Below are positions 1-7,483 of a DNA stretch of 64,000 nt, one piece after another. This DNA comes from Herpetosiphon sp. (lineage in GTDB: Bacteria; Chloroflexota; Anaerolineae; Anaerolineales; Villigracilaceae). A program made the translations under genes and the position numbers. Under the pieces are notes generated by a model. It was given only the letters and a program-made list of their open reading frames with translations. It did no database searches and had not been told where the DNA came from. Every line of letters begins with the position of its first letter. Positions within the stretch are counted from its first letter, which is position 1. The stretch is taken from positions 43,135-107,134 of the forward strand of contig DYDH01000002.1 of assembly GCA_020717985.1 (NCBI GenBank), read 5' to 3'.

Positions 1-762
1 GGGATAGAAACGTTCACCCCAGAATTGCATTGGGAAGCGGCGTGGGGGACCGGTGCGGTCTTTGAGCGTGATGACTTTGAGTGGAGCACATCCACACTGA
101 CGAACTTCACCGCTTCTTTGAACGACCAGGATACGATCTGCTTCATACGGGACACGTTCATCACCCAGCAGGGCGGACAGATCATCACCGTCTTTGAAAT
201 TTTCAGACTTTAATGCAGCCGCAGCGATGACCGCCCAACCATGATGTCTTGCCATTGTTCGCAACGCTGCGGCAGCTTCACCACTGCGTCCATCTTCATT
301 CATCATGCCGGTCAGTCCGACCACCGGGACACGATTGAGATAATCCACCGCCAGCAATGCAGGTCCATTGACAGGGAAACCATAATCATGGATGAGCATA
401 TCTTCCAACGCGCGCACGGTATCTTCCTGTGAATTGAGAGAGAGCAACACTGCTTCACTTGAACAAGCCAATGCCATCTCAACTTTTTCTTGTGGAGCTT
501 GTGTATGCGGACCACTGGTCATCGCTTCCACTTGCAGAAAGAGGCGATAGCGCAATTCTTCGGGAGTGTGTTCGTAACATCCAATGGCGGAAGGGATATG
601 AAGGGAGGCGGACTCGAATAACATCCGCAGCAGCCAGGAGGTCTTGCCAATTCCTGGCGCTGCGGCGAGTAGGGTCAGGCCGCCACCCCAGAAAGGCAGG
701 CCAGCGAAGACACCAAATGGGATGTATGGTTGGGGATTGCCCAAAGTTCCGGAGCGCGGCAT
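1..762 (-). CDS. DnaB-like helicase C-terminal (RecA-fold) ATPase, runs off the window edge
   Basis: Hand translation (absent from the ORF track): LTLLAAAPGIGKTS (Walker A), CYEHTPEEL, LLAVDYLN, LRTMARHHGWAVIAAAAL, YEADRILVV, LKDRTGP. These match DnaB motifs. Confidence 0.8.
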   Translation of the reverse strand, partial: MPRSGTLGNPQPYIPFGVFAGLPFWGGGLTLLAAAPGIGKTSWLLRMLFESASLHIPSAIGCYEHTPEELRYRLFLQVEAMTSGPHTQAPQEKVEMALACSSEAVLLSLNSQEDTVRALEDMLIHDYGFPVNGPALLAVDYLNRVPVVGLTGMMNEDGRSGEAAAALRTMARHHGWAVIAAAALKSENFKDGDDLSALLGDERVPYEADRILVVQRSGEVRQCGCAPLKVITLKDRTGPPRRFPMQFWGERFYP

Positions 763-808
763 ATCGTTATCATATTCATTTGGTCATAGGGGATGAGTGT
801 TTGTGTCG

Positions 809-1279
809 CTAGGGGATTTGAAATATCAAACGAAAAAAAAGAAAGGCAAGCAACCCAAGCAGCAAACCTGGCAGGGCAGGGATCGAACCAACCTGTCTGC
901 GTATCCAAAGCCTGCGCCAGACTTCCAAACCCAACAGGGAAAGAAGGACGGCAGGCAATGGGAAGAGACATGCGAGACTGCTAATTGCAAGCAAATCAGC
1001 ACGCCCGATAATGCCTTTGCGATACCCATATGCAGTAAGCAGAACAGGCCAGGCAGGTGGATAAAATAAAAGTGGCAGAGCGAACCAGCCTGGAAGGTTT
1101 CGAAATACTCCCCAGACACAGGCTAATAAAATAATCGCCGTTTGAATGGGAGTGGCAGGGAATGTCAACAAGACCGTTCCCAGCAGAAAGATTTCAATCC
1201 CAGGAACAAGCCGATAACGAAGATCAGCAAAGCTGAATAATGTGAATGAGACAAGCGCGAAAGATTCGGTCAGAGTCAT
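809..1279 (-). CDS. A24-family prepilin peptidase-like membrane protein
   Basis: Hydrophobic, with two aspartate motifs FADLRYRLVP and GRADL. Confidence 0.7.
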   Translation of the reverse strand: MTLTESFALVSFTLFSFADLRYRLVPGIEIFLLGTVLLTFPATPIQTAIILLACVWGVFRNLPGWFALPLLFYPPAWPVLLTAYGYRKGIIGRADLLAISSLACLFPLPAVLLSLLGLEVWRRLWIRRQVGSIPALPGLLLGLLAFLFFRLIFQIP

Positions 1280-2973
1280 ATATTTTTATCTTCGTCTTTT
1301 TTGTTTAAAGGCATGAAGGTGATCATGCTCTGTACTTGACTGGCACTCCCAAGTTCTGATGCACGGTACAAGGGATCACGGGCCTGGCTGATTTCATCCG
1401 AGTGATTCATGTAAGCCTGCACCATGTGCGCGGTGTCTTCCGGATATTGCGCGGCAAGTACATTGGGGTCGAGGCCATGTTGTGAGATGTGAGGTGACAG
1501 CGCTTGAAAGCCTTGTTGGAATTCCTGTGGTGATCCATTGAAGTTGGATTGGATGGAGGAGTTCACGGATTGGGAAAATCCATAATCCTGCGAGGATGAA
1601 GTTGGCTGAGCCCCATCAAAACGTTTCATGCGTTCTCCCAGTTCAGCTTGTCTGGCAGCCAGTTCTTGACCATGTGCAAGCGAGCGGTTGTATGCTGCAG
1701 GCGCATGGAGTCCCATCGCATCCAGATTGCCTGCTCGCTGGGTTAGTTGTTGTGCCGCATTCAGATGACTCATGGCAGCTTCTCCGCTACTGAGTCCACC
1801 AGCCGTAGTCGCAGTTCCTGCTGCGCCTGCACCAGTTCCTGCCGCACCCGCTGCGCCTACCGCTCCTGCACCCGCAGCTCCAACACCGCTGGCAGCCAAA
1901 GCGCCAATGGAGACGATTTGTTGAACAGCCTTGACCATTTGCCCGAATGCATCTGCGGTTGTGGAGATGGTCATTTTGCCGAGAATACCGGCAAGCGATA
2001 ACAGCAATCCAGTCGCACCCCATAACCAGATGACACGGATAATGGCGGATAGAAGTCCCTGTTTATCAAATAGATAACTCGCTGCGAGTCCAGCCTTGAA
2101 GACGCCGCCTGCAACGATAGGGAGCAGGGCGATCAGGATGACAGCCTTCATCCACAAGGAACGTAACCAACCCGCCTGAGGTAATACACTGGCAATCGCC
2201 AGGGGTGGAGCAAGAACCGCCAAAATAAACAGAACCGCATTGGCTGAGGCAAAAGCAAATAACATTCCGCCGATGGCAAGCAATGAACCGATGGAAAGAC
2301 CGATGGAGATCAAGCCGCCCAGAAAGCTCAGGTTGGAAAGCCCCAGGACTACCGATGTCGCGGTGGTTGAACTGACAAAGTTCATTGCCAGTCCGCCTGC
2401 TTCTCCAATCACTTTTCCCACCATCCACCAGCCAAGGCGCACGATCAGATCCAGAAATGGACCAGATACAACAGCCAGTACGCCCGCCGTGACCCAATCT
2501 CCAACCACACGCAATCCGCTGTCATCATCGCCGAGCAATCTTCCCCAATGATATAAAGCCAGACGCAACAGAAACAATGCAGGAGCGAGTGCAGCGGCAA
2601 CAGGCAGACTCGATTGTGCAACCTTACTGTAGTCTCCATTGCTGGGCGCTTGCACGATCTCTCCAATCACAACAGTCCAACTTGCCACTTCTTCACTCAT
2701 CGCGCGTACTTCTTTGTCGGCGGCTTTGTCGAAGATGCCAGCCAGGGCTTCCGAGATGGTTTCAGCAGGAAAAACCAAATGATGGAAGATTTGCGAAATG
2801 TTGGTAATGGTTGAACTGCCACCATTTGGAGGAGTGGGTGTTACGGTGGGTGTGGGCGTAAGGGTATAAGCCGTATTTGAATTTTGAGCAGGCGAGGCTG
2901 CCATCGCCAGACTGCTCAAAGACATCATGGCGATGAACAAGATAAGTACAATGAAAGGGCGGGCTTTTTTCAT
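1276..2973 (-). CDS. TrbL/VirB6-like polytopic conjugation membrane protein
   Basis: Signal peptide, several TM helices, Gly/Ala-rich linker and soluble C-tail. Start MKKARP overlaps the upstream stop (ATGA). Confidence 0.6.
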   Translation of the reverse strand: MKKARPFIVLILFIAMMSLSSLAMAASPAQNSNTAYTLTPTPTVTPTPPNGGSSTITNISQIFHHLVFPAETISEALAGIFDKAADKEVRAMSEEVASWTVVIGEIVQAPSNGDYSKVAQSSLPVAAALAPALFLLRLALYHWGRLLGDDDSGLRVVGDWVTAGVLAVVSGPFLDLIVRLGWWMVGKVIGEAGGLAMNFVSSTTATSVVLGLSNLSFLGGLISIGLSIGSLLAIGGMLFAFASANAVLFILAVLAPPLAIASVLPQAGWLRSLWMKAVILIALLPIVAGGVFKAGLAASYLFDKQGLLSAIIRVIWLWGATGLLLSLAGILGKMTISTTADAFGQMVKAVQQIVSIGALAASGVGAAGAGAVGAAGAAGTGAGAAGTATTAGGLSSGEAAMSHLNAAQQLTQRAGNLDAMGLHAPAAYNRSLAHGQELAARQAELGERMKRFDGAQPTSSSQDYGFSQSVNSSIQSNFNGSPQEFQQGFQALSPHISQHGLDPNVLAAQYPEDTAHMVQAYMNHSDEISQARDPLYRASELGSASQVQSMITFMPLNKKDEDKNI

Positions 2974-3872
2974 AGGGTTGAAAGAGTGTGGGGGGATATG
3001 TAATTTTTTTTGTAGCATAGTTGTTGGTATCCGCATTTCTTGCATATCGAGGGTTGGCGTAGTGCATTTAGCGGGGGATGCGGTCCGTTCTTTGCCAGGT
3101 TGGACAATGACTGAACCACGCGTTCCAAATCCTCATCTGAAAGAGTCTGGTCGAAATGGTTGGCTTCACCGCTTTCACGATCCAACGCAAAGACGGTGGG
3201 AGTGTTCTGCCAGGGTTGTTTGCCGGGTGAATTACAGCGACGCAAAAGGGCGAAACGCAGTTGATCCTGTTCCATTTGGGAAACGAGCAACCCGATCTTG
3301 ATTTCCATCACGTGACCCACTGGCACCTTCCAGACCCAGGTGTCGAATTGCACAGGCAGGCGGGTGAAGGGCAAAATGAGAGAGACCTTTTCACTGGACA
3401 GGATGTATTCTGAGTCGCGTTCGATCCTCATCCCGATCCGCCAATCCTGGGACAAATATGCCCAGGTGCGAACGTATACGAAGAGATTGCGCCAGTCTCC
3501 ACCGAGATTATTGATCGCGTGCTGTGAGCCAAAGCGGCGGGCAGTATCAAGTTTTCCACCGCGAAATAAAGGCAGTGTTTCAGGCGCTTGAACAGGATGC
3601 TGTTTGCGATATTCCTCGACTTTCTGAACATATTCCCGGACATCATCAATCAGGTTCTCAAAACCATAACGGGTGAGATGATCCAGCAGAGTGCCACCGG
3701 AGGTTAAGTCTTTCAGGGATTGCCAGACAGGATCGAAAGGCGGGGTTGGGTCCGCGCCTGCCAGCCACCAACGCGCCGCTGTTGGGCAAAAGACATACAG
3801 CATGGCGGAGAGAATCGGATGCCCGCGCGCGTTTTGTCGGTCGAGCAATGCGTAAAAAAGATCAGTGTACAT
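2970..3872 (-). CDS. Cas4/RecB-like PD-(D/E)XK nuclease with putative Fe-S cysteines
   Basis: N-terminal YVFCPT, central D...EIK, C-terminal CKKCGYQQLC. Confidence 0.6.
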   Translation of the reverse strand: MYTDLFYALLDRQNARGHPILSAMLYVFCPTAARWWLAGADPTPPFDPVWQSLKDLTSGGTLLDHLTRYGFENLIDDVREYVQKVEEYRKQHPVQAPETLPLFRGGKLDTARRFGSQHAINNLGGDWRNLFVYVRTWAYLSQDWRIGMRIERDSEYILSSEKVSLILPFTRLPVQFDTWVWKVPVGHVMEIKIGLLVSQMEQDQLRFALLRRCNSPGKQPWQNTPTVFALDRESGEANHFDQTLSDEDLERVVQSLSNLAKNGPHPPLNALRQPSICKKCGYQQLCYKKNYISPHTLSTL

Positions 3873-4257
3873 ACCAGCACAAAAGGAGAAAGAAGATGGT
3901 ACGCCATGCAGCGGGAGTTTTTAAATGGGCTGTCGGCTGATTTCTTATTGCGCGCCAAAAGATTTGCACAAGACTGGTGATGAAGAATGATACAAACATA
4001 AATGGAAGCGCTTGTGATGATTGTTCAATGGGCATTGCCCAAAGCACGGCAATCCAGAGTTTGGCATCTCCTGCTCCCATCCAATCGCTTGCCCAGGCGG
4101 ATAACAAAGCGAAACTGGCAAGCCATACATCCAAATGGCCAGGGAAATGTGTGACCACCCCTGCAAAAATCAGAGGAAGGGTATACCAGTTCGGGATGCG
4201 CCGAGTACGCAGGTCGTACAGGCTGATAGCTAAAGCGTAGATGAACAACCAGATCAT
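3862..4257 (-). CDS. A24-family prepilin peptidase (TadV/CpaA-like)
   Basis: YDLRTRRIPN and MGAGDAKL motifs, multi-TM. Confidence 0.85.
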   Translation of the reverse strand: MIWLFIYALAISLYDLRTRRIPNWYTLPLIFAGVVTHFPGHLDVWLASFALLSAWASDWMGAGDAKLWIAVLWAMPIEQSSQALPFMFVSFFITSLVQIFWRAIRNQPTAHLKTPAAWRTIFFLLLCWYVH

Positions 4258-4331
4258 TGGTTGTTCATCATATAGGGATTAGTTTAGGGGTATATGGATT
4301 GTGTCGGTATAAAAATAAGCGACAGTCATCC

Positions 4332-4359
4332 TTGACGAATGGCTGTTCATTGCTATAAT
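4332..4359 (+). promoter_or_regulatory. sigma70-like promoter with degenerate LexA box
   Basis: TTGACG-N16-TATAAT with GAAT-GGCT-GTTC at 4337-4348. Confidence 0.55.
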
Positions 4360-4439
4360 TCTCTTTGCAACCTGCCCCCCTCAGGCTGCCAGCAGCCACC
4401 GCAAGGTGGCTGTTCTGGTTAAATGATATCGTTTTATTC

Positions 4440-4469
4440 TTGACTAAAGAACAAATGTTCTACTATAAT
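4440..4469 (+). promoter_or_regulatory. sigma70 promoter with perfect LexA (GAAC-N4-GTTC) box, likely leaderless mRNA
   Basis: TTGACT 4440, GAAC-AAAT-GTTC 4449-4460, TATAAT 4464, ATG at 4477. Confidence 0.8.
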
Positions 4470-4476
4470 CTTTTCC

Positions 4477-4896
4477 ATGTCTATTTGGGATCGTTTTCTG
4501 TACCTGATAGGCAAGCGTTCTACACCCGGCCCCCGTTCCTATCGCTTCGATGTAAGTGACAGCCTCCAAGTCACACTATCCACAATAGCCAAAGACGAGG
4601 GACGTCCTGAAAACGAATTGATCCCTGAACTCCTGAACGCTGGCCTAACTCAATATATATCCAATGAGAGAATTTGGAAAAAATGGGAAACCCTCTCTCC
4701 ACGCGAGAAGGATGTGGCTGCGCTTGTTTGTTTGGGTTATACCAATCGTGAGATTGGTGCGCGTTTGAGCATCTCCTCCGAAACAGTCAAGGATCGTTTG
4801 GAAACTGCGTTGAAAAAATTTAGTTTTACGAAACGCACCGAACTGCGGGATTTATTGTCGATTTGGGATTTCAGTGAATGGGAACGCCAGCCGTAA
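4477..4896 (+). CDS. LuxR-type HTH transcription regulator without receiver domain
   Basis: LSPREKDVAALVCLGYTNREIGARLSISSETVK. Confidence 0.85.
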   Translation: MSIWDRFLYLIGKRSTPGPRSYRFDVSDSLQVTLSTIAKDEGRPENELIPELLNAGLTQYISNERIWKKWETLSPREKDVAALVCLGYTNREIGARLSISSETVKDRLETALKKFSFTKRTELRDLLSIWDFSEWERQP

Positions 4897-5048
4897 GCAG
4901 CTGGCGTTCAGTATATATGGGGAGTGCAATCTTTTTACGGCGCGCTTCATTATCTATCGTGGTATACAATATGATAAATATGACTTGCCATGCTATTATA
5001 TGCAAATAGCGACAACGCATAAACTATTTAAACCTGCAAGGAGAAATT

Positions 5049-5453
5049 ATGCTTACTTCCATTCCATTTGACGTGGCTGGCCCAGGAGTGCTGCTTGCGA
5101 TAGCCGCATTTAGCATTGGCGCTCTGATTGTTTTAACACTAATCATTACCGTTGCCGAGGCAATCGTGATGCTCCTGCTTAAGTGGGATAAATTTGGCCG
5201 AAGCCTGTGGGCATCTTTGTTGATGAATGTGACTTCAACAATTTTTGGCGGTGTGCTGATCGCGTTGGGGCTATTGGGTGGTTCATATATTTGGCTTGTA
5301 GCTGCATTTGTACTTTCTGTGTTGATCGAGGGCGGCGTATTAATGTTAATGAAGCGTGGCGAAGTACGAAAAAACCTGCTTACAAGTCTAATCGCCAACC
5401 TCGCGAGTTATTTGGTTATCATCCTGCCCATTATCCTGCTGAATGCCCGATGA
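5049..5453 (+). CDS. Small multi-TM hypothetical membrane protein
   Basis: AAGGAG RBS, hydrophobic 134-aa ORF. Confidence 0.7.
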   Translation: MLTSIPFDVAGPGVLLAIAAFSIGALIVLTLIITVAEAIVMLLLKWDKFGRSLWASLLMNVTSTIFGGVLIALGLLGGSYIWLVAAFVLSVLIEGGVLMLMKRGEVRKNLLTSLIANLASYLVIILPIILLNAR

Positions 5454-6484
5454 AACAACTTGGCCTGCCCACGCTGACCGGCCTAGCTCATGGCGCCTCG
5501 GATGCTGTGGCGGGATTTTTGGTTGTGCAGGTATTGATGCTGAATTCGCAGCCTATCGTTGACTATGTCCTGATTTACAATGTGCTGGCTTTCGGATTGC
5601 AGCCCGTAGCCGGTTTGCTGCTGGATCAATTCAAATTTCAACGCCGTGGAGCTTCGGTGGGATTGTTACTTTCGGCTCTTGCTTTGATCCTGACCTGGGT
5701 CAGTTTAACCTGGGGAATTTTGTTTGCCGGATTGGGATCGGCCATTTTTCATACAGGGGGTGGATCTACTGCACTGACCAGCACCCCCGGACGTGCAACA
5801 GGTCCTGGAATTTTTGCCGCATTTGGCGTGGTCGGTTTGGCCATCGGTTCACAGTTGGCTTTTTATTTTTCAGCCACGACCATCACTGCGTTCACCATTA
5901 TTTTGCTTCTCCTGGCCGCTGTAATATGGTTTTTCCCCGCCTCATCAGTAATATCGTCATCGCCTGATTCTATTTCCACTAGTGTGAATATTGAATTACT
6001 CGTGTTTGGGCTTGTTCTGGCCATCGCCCTGCGATCATATGTTTGGGCGGGCCTTCAATCCGGCCAGGCGGGATATAGTCAACTTGCTTTTTCCGTTGCA
6101 CTGGCAGCCGGGCTTGGAAAACTGATCGGCGGTTTTCTCGCGGACAAATTCGGTTGGCGCACTTATGCGATCATTGCGCTGGTAGCGAGCGCTTTCCTGC
6201 TGGCCTTTGGTGGTGCAGCGCTCTGGCCATTACTGATGGGCATATTCTTCCTGCAATCTGTTACACCCCTTTCGCTGGCGGCTGTTGGGTACTTGATGCC
6301 ATCATCACCTGCACTGGCAACAGGTTTGGTGCTGGGAGTGGGAGTGCTCCTGGGCGGCTTGCTTTTGGTTTTGTTAGGTTCCAGTTGGTTGGCTAATCCA
6401 TTGGGCATCATTTGGATATTGTTTGCTTCTAGCGGGCTTTATCTGTTTACGTTGCTGAGTGTTGGAAAGCTCAGGGATATTTAA
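5450..6484 (+). CDS. MFS-like membrane transporter
   Basis: ATGA overlap with upstream gene, many TM segments, GGFLADKFGWR MFS-type loop. Confidence 0.7.
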   Translation: MKQLGLPTLTGLAHGASDAVAGFLVVQVLMLNSQPIVDYVLIYNVLAFGLQPVAGLLLDQFKFQRRGASVGLLLSALALILTWVSLTWGILFAGLGSAIFHTGGGSTALTSTPGRATGPGIFAAFGVVGLAIGSQLAFYFSATTITAFTIILLLLAAVIWFFPASSVISSSPDSISTSVNIELLVFGLVLAIALRSYVWAGLQSGQAGYSQLAFSVALAAGLGKLIGGFLADKFGWRTYAIIALVASAFLLAFGGAALWPLLMGIFFLQSVTPLSLAAVGYLMPSSPALATGLVLGVGVLLGGLLLVLLGSSWLANPLGIIWILFASSGLYLFTLLSVGKLRDI

Positions 6485-6591
6485 ATTTCAAACAGAGGGG
6501 AATGCCTTTGTAGCGACCGCTATGAAATAAAGTGTGTTTTGTAATCTGCAAGAGCAACGATTTACCAGACCAATGGCTTTAAAGTCTGCAT

Positions 6592-6645
6592 CACCCCCAA
6601 ATCTAGTACCCCCATTTCACCCCCATCTGCTACCCAGGTGGGGGC
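6592..6645 (+). promoter_or_regulatory. Direct-repeat array (YACCCCCA x3 plus partial/inverted copy) upstream of the PolB2 cassette
   Basis: CACCCCCA 6592, TACCCCCA 6607, CACCCCCA 6618, TACCCAGGTGGGGG 6631. Confidence 0.5.
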
Positions 6646-6680
6646 TGTTTGTTTTTCGGGAAAACCATTAATCTCGCAGA

Positions 6681-7211
6681 ATGGATATCCTCCCCGTTCT
6701 CAAAACTGGCAAGTTGATCGTTCTCTACACCCTTGATGCCGCACGCACCGAAAGTATGACCTTGATTGCTGAACTTGGATTGCGAGGCGCGGTCACGATT
6801 CTAGATGGTGGTAACCGCTATCAACCCTATCAGGTCGCGATGTTGTTGCGCAGAAAAACGGTGGACATATCGACAGTCGCCAATCGCCTATTCAGCCGGC
6901 GCGCGTTCACTTGCTACGAGATGAATACCTTGTTGGGGTCAACTCCATCCCTGAACCAACCTTATTTGATTCTGGATTTGTTGAACACGTTTTATGACGA
7001 TCATGTTCCAGCATCTGAAGCCGCCCGCCTTTTGGTTTCCTGTCTGAATCAGATCCAACGCCTATTGCTGTCAGGACCTGTGGTTGTGACTCTCGCACCG
7101 CCGTTGGTTAATGAGCGCGCATTTCTGTTTGAGCAAGTCTGCCGCAAAGCCGATGAAGTTCTGATCAAGGAATTGCCCATCTACAAGCCTGTCCAACCAT
7201 CTCTTTTCTAG
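6681..7211 (+). CDS. Degenerate RecA/RadA-like protein of PolB2 operons
   Basis: ILDGGNRY and RRAFTCYEM motifs, no intact Walker A, C-terminal QPSLF clamp-binding-like motif. Confidence 0.7.
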   Translation: MDILPVLKTGKLIVLYTLDAARTESMTLIAELGLRGAVTILDGGNRYQPYQVAMLLRRKTVDISTVANRLFSRRAFTCYEMNTLLGSTPSLNQPYLILDLLNTFYDDHVPASEAARLLVSCLNQIQRLLLSGPVVVTLAPPLVNERAFLFEQVCRKADEVLIKELPIYKPVQPSLF

Positions 7212-7219
7212 TCAAATCT

Positions 7220-7483
7220 ATGGGTCGCACTGTCATCACCATCACTCAACAACTGAATGAGACTGAAAGCATGCTGTCTCCCTTTCGTCGAACCTTACGC
7301 AGGAGTGACCAGTATGTCTTCGATGGACTCTTTGCAGCTGCGCGCCGGCACATTGCCGCGATTGGACAGGCGGAATCCCTATTGCCATTTGAGTCGGCTA
7401 TGCTTGCCATGCTGTTGGAACAGTCAAAAGAAATCGCTGTTCTTCAACAAAAGCTCGAAGAACTGATGGCAAAGAATGGATGA
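7220..7483 (+). CDS. Small helical PolB2-associated protein (arCOG07300-like)
   Basis: MGRT...FRRTLRRSDQ..FD.LF...PFES.LL.MLLEQ pattern, located between the RadA-like gene and polB. Confidence 0.7.
   Translation: MGRTVITITQQLNETESMLSPFRRTLRRSDQYVFDGLFAAARRHIAAIGQAESLLPFESAMLAMLLEQSKEIAVLQQKLEELMAKNG

Noticed and set aside
25-1119. Short ORFs listed in the track over the first 1.1 kb
   Set aside because: They are shadows of the DnaB-like and peptidase genes. The same applies to most short overlapping ORFs across the window.
5207-5449. N-terminal extension of the MFS ORF
   Set aside because: It overlaps the 134-aa gene; the ATGA-coupled start at 5450 is more plausible.
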